The translations under genes and the position numbers were made by a program. This document shows, piece after piece, positions 19,261-27,995 of a stretch of DNA of 34,002 nucleotides. Position 1 is the stretch's first letter; each line of letters starts with the position of its first letter. The stretch comes from Bacteroidia bacterium. Lineage in GTDB: Bacteria > Bacteroidota > Bacteroidia > Bacteroidales > VadinHA17. The notes below the pieces were generated by a model that worked only from the letters and a program-made list of their open reading frames with translations, was not told the DNA's origin and did not search any database. The DNA lies in contig JAPLDX010000039.1 of NCBI GenBank assembly GCA_026391215.1, positions 1 through 34,002 on the forward strand, given 5' to 3'.

Positions 19261-19635
19261 TCAAATACTTACAATATCCCTCCCAAACGGATTAATAGCT
19301 ATTGCCGTCAGTTTAAAATGCTGCATTCCAAAAGGGATCCCTATTATCGTGATACATAACAGCAATCCGAACAGGGCATGAGTGATGGCTATGCATATTC
19401 CTCCGCAGATCAGCCAGAGAATATTCATCAGAATATACAGACATCCGGAGGCTCTTTCATGAACACGGGTATCCCTGCCGAACGGCCATAATGCCAAAGC
19501 TCCCATCTTCAGCGTCTGCAGGCCGAACGGAATCCCGACAATTGTTACCATAAGGATAACACTGCCAATAATATACTCAATGGCAATTATGATACCTCCA
19601 AAAACGAGCCAGATAATATTTCCGAGTATTTTCAC
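19261..19635 (-). CDS. yccF: YccF domain inner membrane protein
   Basis: Two repeats of GNIIWLVFGG...TIVGIPFG.Q..K...LWPFG. Confidence 0.93.
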   Translation of the reverse strand: MKILGNIIWLVFGGIIIAIEYIIGSVILMVTIVGIPFGLQTLKMGALALWPFGRDTRVHERASGCLYILMNILWLICGGICIAITHALFGLLLCITIIGIPFGMQHFKLTAIAINPFGRDIVSI

Positions 19636-19647
19636 TGAAGGATAGTA

Positions 19648-21258
19648 TTATTCAAGAATAACATTTTTGTCTTTCGGATATTTTACCGAATAAGTAAGAA
19701 TGATCTGCCTGGTCTCCTGGGGCTTTATCTCAAGATCCCACCTGATTTCGCCAGTTTGTGTGTTATATCTTCCTCCTGTAAGCTCAGTCGCTTCAACAGT
19801 TATCCCGCTGTTCGATGATATTGGTACCTGATCCTTTAATGTGATCCTGATCTGGCTGGACTTATTATTTCTTATTGTTATCAGGAACGAATATGTCTCA
19901 GTCTTGTTTGTGCCAATCACCTTCTTGCTGGTGAAGTCCTGACGTTTCTCTCTCTTTACGAGGATACTGTTATCTGTTCCAAGTGAAAGAGTAAGGGTGT
20001 CAGTCAGCTGGTTTACATTAAGATCCGACTTTCCAACATAAGTGTTCTCGAAGTACAGAGTAGCTTCACCGCTCTGGAGGCTCTGTTCAGCCCAGTTTGT
20101 TATGTTACCGGTAAGATAGGCATAAGGGGTGAGTTTTGGCACAGTCACATATTTGTAATCTGCAGGAGTCGTTGTGTGCTGGATCTCGATTATCTGGTAT
20201 TTGCCGTCTGATTCAATAGTATAAGGCACGGCAATATCAAATGATATTGTCGTTTCGCCCACTTGCTTTTCAACCATGACGGAAGCTGCCTCTTCTACCA
20301 TAAGAAAAGCTTCTGCATTATTGGCCATATCCATTACCTTCGGTGTCTCGGTTCTTGCAGCACCCGATGCTTTCGTCCTCATTATCGGTATTGGAGTGTA
20401 AAAATCAATAAACCAGGGATAGAGTATTGGCACACTGCCTGCTATCCAGGGTGTTGCATTTGAAAAGCTCAGCTTCACGTCTTTCCATGCTAAGCCTGTA
20501 TTCTGGTAAACATTGGCTTTGTAAAAAATATTTACAGGCTTTGTGATGTCATCCACCCTGATATCATAGGACGGATACCATCCGGCATTTGAAACCACAT
20601 AGGAATATGTCAGTTTTCCTGAAACAGCTTTCTCTGAGCTGACCGATACTGAAATTTCTCCTGAAGGAAGCTGGGCTTTACCTGCCTTGTCGGATATTTG
20701 CTGCTGGAGGGCGGCAATCTGTTTTTCATAATCCTTTATTAGTCTGTTTTTCTTCAGGATCGTGGTAGTTACAAGATCCATATTGCTGGTATACAACTCC
20801 ATAACACTCTTAAGCTGTTCAACCGAAAATGTGGTTTCCTTTACCAGGATTGCCCGGTTAGCAACAAGAAAAGCCTCTTTCTCCTTCAACACGCTGATAC
20901 CTGCTTTTTCATCCTCAATCTTTATCTGGAGAGCTTCTATCTGGTTCCGGATGGTTTTTATTTCCGGCAATTCCTCGAGATTCTCCAGGTAATTATTCTG
21001 ATGATTTACAGAAAGGATTGTAAAGCCTCCATATCCTTTTACCTGTATGCTCTGTGCATCAATGTATGGTGAAAGTCCTCCAAGCTTAAGGAGAGTCTTG
21101 CCTTCAGGAATTTCAACTGCAGCTTCATGTGTAAGCTGTGCCCTGTCGGGATAGACCGTAACATGCTTAAGAGCAGCCTTTATATCTTTTTCATTGTCAG
21201 CAGAAAGGTATTGAAGAAATGTCATCAGTAATATTAAAATGAAAAACAATTTTCTCAT
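19648..21258 (-). CDS. DUF4139/DUF4140 (mucoidy inhibitor MuiA family) secreted protein
   Basis: Signal peptide MRKLFFILILL from ATG 21258; VTVYPDRAQL, coiled coil, SYVVSNAGWYPSYD, QNTGLAWKDVKLSFS, LKDQVPIS, YSVKYP. Confidence 0.9.
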   Translation of the reverse strand: MRKLFFILILLMTFLQYLSADNEKDIKAALKHVTVYPDRAQLTHEAAVEIPEGKTLLKLGGLSPYIDAQSIQVKGYGGFTILSVNHQNNYLENLEELPEIKTIRNQIEALQIKIEDEKAGISVLKEKEAFLVANRAILVKETTFSVEQLKSVMELYTSNMDLVTTTILKKNRLIKDYEKQIAALQQQISDKAGKAQLPSGEISVSVSSEKAVSGKLTYSYVVSNAGWYPSYDIRVDDITKPVNIFYKANVYQNTGLAWKDVKLSFSNATPWIAGSVPILYPWFIDFYTPIPIMRTKASGAARTETPKVMDMANNAEAFLMVEEAASVMVEKQVGETTISFDIAVPYTIESDGKYQIIEIQHTTTPADYKYVTVPKLTPYAYLTGNITNWAEQSLQSGEATLYFENTYVGKSDLNVNQLTDTLTLSLGTDNSILVKREKRQDFTSKKVIGTNKTETYSFLITIRNNKSSQIRITLKDQVPISSNSGITVEATELTGGRYNTQTGEIRWDLEIKPQETRQIILTYSVKYPKDKNVILE

Positions 21259-21334
21259 GGCAGTGACATTTGATTTAAAAGATAAAGGTAAGATTTTTGG
21301 AGGAACAAAAAACCCCGTCTGAGCGTAGCTTTTT

Positions 21335-23914
21335 TTAGTTCTGTATATAATGGCCTGTAAGAACGCCGCCTGCAAAATGTAACCATAATGAACAATAACC
21401 CCCGGTACCTTCAACATCTCCAAAATGAATCTCATAACCTGCACCATCTTTTACGGTTAGTACTATTGGTTCAGTGGCGCCAATTTCGATTCTCATGGCA
21501 CTTCCAGTAGGAGCAGCACCTTTTCCTTGCTCGGTGTACCAGTACCAGCAATTAACATCTGAGCCATTATAAATTGAGAATCTTGGTGTAGAAAGATCCC
21601 ATATCAATACCATTCCATATGTTGAGATCACGGGTCCACTTGCAGTCATATTGATAGTTCCCATTGTCATCCCTGTTCCTGTAACCTTTGTTGCTAATCC
21701 GTCGGATAAAGCTGTTTCAGTAGTTGCCAACGTTACGCTTGTTCCATCATAAGAATTACTTAGCTGAACAGCTCCTTTGGCTGATGTTGATGCATCAGCG
21801 ATTGAAATTACTGCAGCTCCTCCAACAACCTGGCGGGTTGGGCTTACTGACACAGGTCCGGTTGCTGTTAAATTACCAGTAGTGAGGGTAGCTGTTGAAA
21901 GAGGTGAGCCATTTACCCTGAAATCGCCTGTAATATTAACATCACCAACAACATCCAGCTTATACGCCGGAGTAATTTTCCCCAATCCAATCATGCCTGA
22001 TGAAAAATCACCGTAAATTAAAGGTGGATTATTAAAAGAATTAGCGATATATAGTTTGTTGGATTCGGTTGACAGTGAATAACCGGCATATTTACCAATA
22101 AGAACATTCCCTGAACCGGAAGTAAGACCATAACCTGAACTATAGCCAACAGCGACATTGTTATCTCCATCCTGGATGTTAAAACCTGCCATATCACCAA
22201 AGAGAGAATTATTTGATGCATCTAATAATGGATTTATAACATGGGGATCTCCGCTTCGGCCTGCATTAATACCAACCATAGTATTCCCTGATCCGTTTTC
22301 AATCCAGTAACCGGCATTCGTTCCAATAAACACATTTTCTTTGCCCAAAGCAATTTTATAACCTGCATTTATACCCATGAAGGTATTAAATGAGCTTTGC
22401 CACATATATGTTTCAATTAAATTTGCACCAGCTGATGTGCCAAGCATAACATTATATTCCTGAGTTGTGTGATTAAGGCCGGCAGAAGAGCCGATTAATA
22501 AATTATGCTGACCAGTTGTAAGGTTTGTTCCGGCATAGACGCCAATGAAGATATTATCGTTTCCGGAATTCTTCATCCCGGCGTCACGACCAATAAGAAT
22601 ATTATTGTCTCCGGTGCTGTTTAATCCTGCATTTTTGCCGATTATAACATTATAGTCTCCGGTAATATTATCTCTGCCGCTTTCGTATCCTATAAACACA
22701 TTGCTTTGGCCGTCACCATTTAACAGACCTGCATTGTAACCCATAAAAGTATTATATGTTCCCGATGTGTTATTCTTTCCGGATTGATAACCGATAAATG
22801 AATTAAAACTTGCATTATTGCTGAATCCTGACTGGAATCCAAGGAATACATTATCAGAACCGGTCGTATTTGTTTTCCCGCTCTCTTTTCCGATAAATAT
22901 ATTGCTCGTTCCGGTAGAGGTCTCCTTCATGTTTTTCAAACCTGCCAGCTGTCCGATGAAATAATTGTCTGAAGTAAGATTAAGGAAATTTACAGAAGGG
23001 GTTTTTGTACCACTGAATCCTCCGATAGCGAAACCACCTTTTACTCCTTTCCCTGAATCTTTAACATAAATCCTTGCACTGTCAGGGGCAATAAAAAGGT
23101 AATTCTGGTGAGGCAAGGGTTCTTTCCCTCCTATATCAAAACCGCCGATTGCAAATCCTCCCTTTGGCTTTTTCGCCAGATCAGGCGATTTGTCAAGGTA
23201 AATCCTGACACTGTCTTTATTCAAAGTGAACAGGTCATACCGATAATCCGTCTTTGAAGTTCCAAATCCTCCAATGGCAAATCCTCCTTTAACACTTTTA
23301 GGAACATTATCAACCATGGGTATATTTATTCTTACTCCCTGGTTATAAACAGCAAACATAGTTTGCCCGTCCTTCCGTTTTACTTCAAAAAGGGCTTCAT
23401 CTTCTGTTGTGGCGTAATTGCCGACTACATCAACACTGTTCATTATTACAACAGTATCATTATTCATCGTTACAGGATTATTAATGACATTGTAAGCTGA
23501 TTCTGATATCATAGCGTAAGGCACTGAAACTAATTGTGCATTGCCCATATCCAGCCATACACCTGCAACTAAACTAATCTTTGTTCTAATATACAATGGC
23601 TGAGGTGTCCAATTAACATCAGCAAAGGTAAGAGCATCATATCCACCCGGTACTTTCGTTGCTGTAGGATCACCTACAACAAGCTGGAAAAGTCCGTTAT
23701 CATTTGTTGTAACTGCATGTTCTTCTTCCCACACAATTAACCCGGGTTGATCCAGGATCGCAATTCTGACGGTAATGTCAGTGTTTTGTATGAGATCTCC
23801 GTCCTCGTCACGTGCAATAGCCATATAGTTAAAACTTTTCGGAACCTGTGCGGAAGCTGAATACCCGAAGGTAAATAAGACTATAGAAAGCAGGATTGTT
23901 TTCAGATTTTTCAT
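21335..23914 (-). CDS. Secreted repeat-rich fibre/adhesin-like protein (YadA-head-like NxFIGxxAG repeats, phage tail-fibre repeat)
   Basis: Signal peptide MKNLKTILL...SASA|Q from ATG 23914; SFNYMAIARD...TNDNGLFQLVVG...SVPYA N-domain; 3x KGGFAIGGF; 17x NxxxGxx(A/S)G; IGLGKITPAYKLDVVG; ASTSAKGAVQLS. Confidence 0.8.
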   Translation of the reverse strand: MKNLKTILLSIVLFTFGYSASAQVPKSFNYMAIARDEDGDLIQNTDITVRIAILDQPGLIVWEEEHAVTTNDNGLFQLVVGDPTATKVPGGYDALTFADVNWTPQPLYIRTKISLVAGVWLDMGNAQLVSVPYAMISESAYNVINNPVTMNNDTVVIMNSVDVVGNYATTEDEALFEVKRKDGQTMFAVYNQGVRINIPMVDNVPKSVKGGFAIGGFGTSKTDYRYDLFTLNKDSVRIYLDKSPDLAKKPKGGFAIGGFDIGGKEPLPHQNYLFIAPDSARIYVKDSGKGVKGGFAIGGFSGTKTPSVNFLNLTSDNYFIGQLAGLKNMKETSTGTSNIFIGKESGKTNTTGSDNVFLGFQSGFSNNASFNSFIGYQSGKNNTSGTYNTFMGYNAGLLNGDGQSNVFIGYESGRDNITGDYNVIIGKNAGLNSTGDNNILIGRDAGMKNSGNDNIFIGVYAGTNLTTGQHNLLIGSSAGLNHTTQEYNVMLGTSAGANLIETYMWQSSFNTFMGINAGYKIALGKENVFIGTNAGYWIENGSGNTMVGINAGRSGDPHVINPLLDASNNSLFGDMAGFNIQDGDNNVAVGYSSGYGLTSGSGNVLIGKYAGYSLSTESNKLYIANSFNNPPLIYGDFSSGMIGLGKITPAYKLDVVGDVNITGDFRVNGSPLSTATLTTGNLTATGPVSVSPTRQVVGGAAVISIADASTSAKGAVQLSNSYDGTSVTLATTETALSDGLATKVTGTGMTMGTINMTASGPVISTYGMVLIWDLSTPRFSIYNGSDVNCWYWYTEQGKGAAPTGSAMRIEIGATEPIVLTVKDGAGYEIHFGDVEGTGGYCSLWLHFAGGVLTGHYIQN

Positions 23915-24043
23915 AACGGCAGGCATAAAGTGATAAAAGAGAAAAATTACTGAAAATTCTGATAACGGCAAATTCTTTTTGACCAAATGAATAAAATGGT
24001 CTATAAATAAAAGAATTGAATAGATGAAAAATTCCCCGGATTG

Positions 24044-25450
24044 TTACTTCACAAGCTCCAGGTAACTAACGCTTCCGGCTTCCGCTTCACCCTGGCCGGC
24101 CATAGGACATCCCGGTACAGGACAATTTATGATCTTATGTTCGTTGTTATCAGCTGGCTCCCAACCCAGTAAAAGATACAATGCCAGAAAGCCTATAACA
24201 TAAGCGGCGGCAACATGCCATCCATTCTTAACCCATTTCACTACATTCCGGGCTTCAGGGAATTTATTAGTTATTGCAACACCTGCTGAAGACCCGAACC
24301 AAATCATTGATCCTCCAAAACCGACCGTGTATGCAAGCATTCCCCAGTCATAGTGACCCTGGTCGAGACAAAGCTTTGTAAGCGGTATATTATCAAATAC
24401 TGCCGACAGGCATCCGAGGAAGAAGGCAGTTACCCATGAAGCATTAGGAAGCTCTTCGACTGGCATTAATGAAGCACATGTAACAAGGCACAAAAGAAAT
24501 ATAGTTCCTTTTAATGCTCCCGAAACTTCTTTCCAGGGTATTGGCCTGAGAATTGCACCTGTCAGAATGGCGATCCAGACTCCCAGGGCCGGCATATCAT
24601 AAAGGAAATTTGAAATTATGGCGCCGATGAGTATTAGAAGCACGATAAGCAATTTGATCCAGTCAATCTTGACATCTGATGTTGCGCTCATCTGGATCCT
24701 CTGGTAATTATCCTGCTGCCGTGACGCAAACCAGGCAAAAAATAGAAGAGCTACTCCGGAGGCTACATAAGCATGAAGAACATTCAGCGGGCTCACTCCG
24801 TCTATCCACATCATGGTGGTGGTGGTATCACCTACAACACTTCCGCTTCCGCCGGCATTGCTGGCGGCTACAATTGCAGCAATATAACCGATATGGACCT
24901 TGTTTTTAAAGACGACCAATGCTATTGTACCGCCTATCAGTGCAGCAGCGATATTATCGAGAAATGAAGAGAGAATGAAAATAAATACCAATAATAAAAA
25001 TGCTCCTTTCCAGTCATTTGGTAGGAATTTTGGCAGAATATCAGGTACTCCCGATTCCTCAAAGATCTTTGATAGTAATGCGAATCCCAGCAATAACCCA
25101 AGAAGATTCAATATTATACCCCATTCACCCTGCCTCAGTTCCTTATCCATGAGCTGCTCGCCAATCGGAGTTGTTCCGAACAAATGCTCAAAGAAGTGAA
25201 AGCCTGGATCGAAGATAAACTTGAAGGTGAGTAAAACCGTCAGCCCGATAACTGCAACCCAGAAGGTCTGCTTGTGGAAAAGAGCGACGCCCAGTAATAT
25301 CAGTCCGAAGATTATGAATTCAATACGGACAGGCCCTATTGACGGAACCTCGCCGCTGGCTCCGAATAATGATAATGGAGCAAGAAAAATCAATAGCAAT
25401 AAGAACAGCTTTTTACTGTTATGGTTGAAGAAATTCTGCATGGAATTCAT
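24044..25450 (-). CDS. ArsB/NhaD-family permease (Na+/H+ antiporter or citrate-transporter-like)
   Basis: Multi-TM; LSSFLDNIAAA, ASNAGGSGSVVGDTTTTM, LSAVFDNIPL, GGSMIWFGSSAGVA. Start uncertain (25450 or 25441; track uses TTG 25480). Confidence 0.85.
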   Translation of the reverse strand: MNSMQNFFNHNSKKLFLLLLIFLAPLSLFGASGEVPSIGPVRIEFIIFGLILLGVALFHKQTFWVAVIGLTVLLTFKFIFDPGFHFFEHLFGTTPIGEQLMDKELRQGEWGIILNLLGLLLGFALLSKIFEESGVPDILPKFLPNDWKGAFLLLVFIFILSSFLDNIAAALIGGTIALVVFKNKVHIGYIAAIVAASNAGGSGSVVGDTTTTMMWIDGVSPLNVLHAYVASGVALLFFAWFASRQQDNYQRIQMSATSDVKIDWIKLLIVLLILIGAIISNFLYDMPALGVWIAILTGAILRPIPWKEVSGALKGTIFLLCLVTCASLMPVEELPNASWVTAFFLGCLSAVFDNIPLTKLCLDQGHYDWGMLAYTVGFGGSMIWFGSSAGVAITNKFPEARNVVKWVKNGWHVAAAYVIGFLALYLLLGWEPADNNEHKIINCPVPGCPMAGQGEAEAGSVSYLELVK

Positions 25451-25583
25451 AATGGGATCAGTTATAACTTTGGCTGCCAAATTAATAAGTTTTTTATGTA
25501 AGGAGCCTATCTAAATTATGATTTGTATCATCTTACCGGATAATTTTTCCTTTCTTCTTCTTTAGCAATTTCGGGTTATTTTA

Positions 25584-25591
25584 TATTTTTG
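25584..25591 (+). promoter_or_regulatory. Bacteroidota sigma-A -7 box of suf operon
   Basis: TATTTTTG (TAnnTTTG) followed by CA, 82 nt upstream of sufB. Confidence 0.6.
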
Positions 25592-25596
25592 CATGT

Positions 25597-25619
25597 TTAT
25601 TTAGATTAAATATAATTAA
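25597..25619. promoter_or_regulatory. Candidate Fur/PerR-family operator
   Basis: TTATTTAGATT-A-AATATAATTAA, 11-1-11 imperfect palindrome (9/11 pairs) just downstream of the -7 box. Confidence 0.5.
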
Positions 25620-25673
25620 CAATAGTGTTTCACGGTTGTTAATATATAAAGGTATAAGAAAGCCGATGTACAA

Positions 25674-27122
25674 ATGGTGAAGGATCAGGATAAAATAATA
25701 ACTGATGTAACTTCAGGCGATTACAAGTATGGCTTCTATTCCGATATTGAAGCGGAACAGATCCCCAAAGGCCTTAATGAGAATATTGTCCGGACAATTT
25801 CGAAGAAGAAAAACGAACCGGAGTGGCTCCTTGAATTCCGACTTAAGTCATTCCGCCACTGGCAGACATTGAAAATGCCGCAGTGGGCAAACCTGAAAAT
25901 ACCTCCTATTGATTACCAGGATATTATCTATTACTCTGCCCCTAGGCAAAAAGCATCGCCAGAGAGCCTTGATGATATTGATCCCGAACTTAAAAGAACA
26001 TTCGACAAGCTTGGAATACCTCTTGAAGAACAGAAGCACCTTACCGGTGTTGCAGTGGATGCAGTAATGGATTCAATTTCAGTGAAGACAACCTTCAGGG
26101 AAACACTGGCTGAATCAGGTATCATTTTCTGCTCATTCAGCGATGCTGTAAAAGAGTATCCCGATCTTGTAAAAAGATACCTGGGCACTGTGGTCCCTTA
26201 TACTGATAATTTCTTCGCTTCTCTCAACTCGGCAGTCTTTAGCGACGGTTCTTTCTGCTACATCCCTAAAGGAGTAAGATGCCCGATGGAGCTGTCAACA
26301 TATTTCAGGATAAATGCCGCAAACACCGGACAATTCGAACGAACGCTTCTTGTTGCCGATGAGGAAAGCTATGTAAGTTATCTTGAGGGATGTACCGCTC
26401 CGATGAGGGATGAGAACCAGCTTCATGCAGCTATTGTTGAAATAATTGCAGAGAATAACGCCGAAGTCAAATATTCAACTGTTCAGAACTGGTACCCTGG
26501 TGACAAGAACGGCAAAGGAGGGATATTCAATTTTGTGACAAAACGGGGACTATGCAGAGGTGAGAACTCTAAGATATCATGGACACAGATAGAAACCGGA
26601 TCTGCTATTACCTGGAAATATCCATCATGCATTCTAAAAGGTGATAATTCAACAGGAGAATTTTATTCTGTAGCAGTAACAAATAACTACCAGCAGGCAG
26701 ATACCGGGACCAAGATGATCCATATCGGAAAGAATACAAAAAGCACAATAGTATCAAAAGGTATATCGGCAGGGCATGGACAGAACAGTTACAGAGGCCT
26801 GGTGAAAGTTGTAAAGAATGCAACTGGGGCAAGAAATTTTTCCCAGTGTGACTCACTGTTGCTTGGCGATAAATGCGGTGCTCATACTTTTCCTTACATT
26901 GAGGTTGATAACCAGACTGCAATCGTTGAGCACGAGGCAACAACATCAAAGATAGGGGAGGACCAGATATTTTATTGCAACCAGAGAGGAATTTCAACAG
27001 AAGATGCAGTGGCTCTTATAGTCAACGGGTATGCCAGGGAGGTGATAAATAAGCTGCCAATGGAATTTGCAGTCGAAGCGCAGAAGCTGCTGGAGATAAG
27101 TCTTGAAGGTAGTGTAGGATAA
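25674..27122 (+). CDS. sufB: Fe-S cluster assembly protein SufB
   Basis: [63 protein letters not shown]. Confidence 0.98.
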   Translation: MVKDQDKIITDVTSGDYKYGFYSDIEAEQIPKGLNENIVRTISKKKNEPEWLLEFRLKSFRHWQTLKMPQWANLKIPPIDYQDIIYYSAPRQKASPESLDDIDPELKRTFDKLGIPLEEQKHLTGVAVDAVMDSISVKTTFRETLAESGIIFCSFSDAVKEYPDLVKRYLGTVVPYTDNFFASLNSAVFSDGSFCYIPKGVRCPMELSTYFRINAANTGQFERTLLVADEESYVSYLEGCTAPMRDENQLHAAIVEIIAENNAEVKYSTVQNWYPGDKNGKGGIFNFVTKRGLCRGENSKISWTQIETGSAITWKYPSCILKGDNSTGEFYSVAVTNNYQQADTGTKMIHIGKNTKSTIVSKGISAGHGQNSYRGLVKVVKNATGARNFSQCDSLLLGDKCGAHTFPYIEVDNQTAIVEHEATTSKIGEDQIFYCNQRGISTEDAVALIVNGYAREVINKLPMEFAVEAQKLLEISLEGSVG

Positions 27123-27142
27123 AAGAAACAAATTCACTTTCG

Positions 27143-27183
27143 CCCCCTCTTTGCTTTAGCAGAGAGGGGGACGGGGGGTGAGT
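27143..27183. repeat. REP-like intergenic palindrome (CCCCCTCT...AGAGGGGG + GGGGGTGAG tail)
   Basis: CCCCCTCTTTGC-ttta-GCAGAGAGGGGG 12-bp stem with one G.T pair, followed by ACGGGGGGTGAG; no U-tract. Confidence 0.75.
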
Positions 27184-27190
27184 ACATGAA

Positions 27191-27225
27191 GACAAAAGAT
27201 AAAAGACAAAAGGAAAAAGATAAAA
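27191..27225 (+). repeat. Tandem heptamer repeat GnnAAAA x5
   Basis: GACAAAA GATAAAA GACAAAA GGAAAAA GATAAAA immediately before the probable sufC ATG. Confidence 0.8.
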
Positions 27226-27230
27226 GTATC

Positions 27231-27995
27231 ATGTTAGTTATTAAAAATTTACAGGCTGAAATAAACGGGAAGTTAATACTTAAGGGTATCAGCCTTGAAG
27301 TAAAAGCTGGAGAAATTCATGCAATCATGGGGCCGAACGGATCAGGAAAAAGTACTCTTGCAGCAGTCCTCGCAGGAAGGGAGTTGGCAAAGGTCACGGA
27401 GGGAACCGTAACATATCTTGGGAAGAACCTCCTTGACATGCCTCCCGAGGACAGATCAAAGGAGGGCATATTCCTTGGCTTCCAGTACCCTATTGAAATT
27501 CCGGGTGTAAGCATGGTAAACTTCATGAAGACAGCTGTAAATGAGCACCGTAAGCATAAAGGACTTGAACCTCTTTCAGCATCGGATTTCCTGAAAATGA
27601 TGCGCGAGAAAAAAGAGCTTGTGGAAATAGATTCCAAGCTTGCCAACAGATCTGTCAATGAAGGATTTTCAGGCGGGGAGAAAAAGAAAAATGAGATATT
27701 CCAGATGGCAATGCTCGAGCCTAAGCTTGCCATTCTTGATGAGACCGATTCCGGTCTTGATATCGACGCCCTCCGCATTGTGGCTAACGGGGTGAACAGG
27801 CTGAAACGCCCTGATAATGCAGCTATAGTCATTACTCATTACCAGAGGCTGCTTGATTATATAATTCCCGATGTTGTGCATGTGCTCTATGACGGACGGA
27901 TAGTAAAAACATCCGGTAAGGAGCTGGCTCTTGAGCTTGAGGAAAAAGGATACGACTGGATCAAACAGGATGTTGAAAAGAAGGATCTCTCATGA
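27231..27995 (+). CDS. sufC: Fe-S cluster assembly ATPase SufC
   Basis: HAIMGPNGSGKSTL, FQYPIEIPGV, NEGFSGGEKK, LDETDSGLDIDAL, ITHYQRLL. Start ATG 27231 (MLVIKNL); the upstream extension is the translated heptamer repeat. Confidence 0.97.
   Translation: MLVIKNLQAEINGKLILKGISLEVKAGEIHAIMGPNGSGKSTLAAVLAGRELAKVTEGTVTYLGKNLLDMPPEDRSKEGIFLGFQYPIEIPGVSMVNFMKTAVNEHRKHKGLEPLSASDFLKMMREKKELVEIDSKLANRSVNEGFSGGEKKKNEIFQMAMLEPKLAILDETDSGLDIDALRIVANGVNRLKRPDNAAIVITHYQRLLDYIIPDVVHVLYDGRIVKTSGKELALELEEKGYDWIKQDVEKKDLS

Noticed and set aside
21305-21336. Terminator after the fibre gene
   Set aside because: U-tract is present on the minus strand, but the stem is short with a mismatch and several G.U pairs; too weak to call.
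21259-21447. Apparent overlap between the DUF4139 ORF and the fibre gene
   Set aside because: Longest-ORF artefact; the signal peptide indicates the real start is ATG 21258.
21335-23914. Prophage remnant
   Set aside because: The protein has a signal peptide and there are no other phage genes, integrase or att sites nearby.
27186-27230. N-terminal extension MKTKDKRQKEKDKSI of SufC
   Set aside because: Translation of the heptamer repeat; the family-typical start is ATG 27231.
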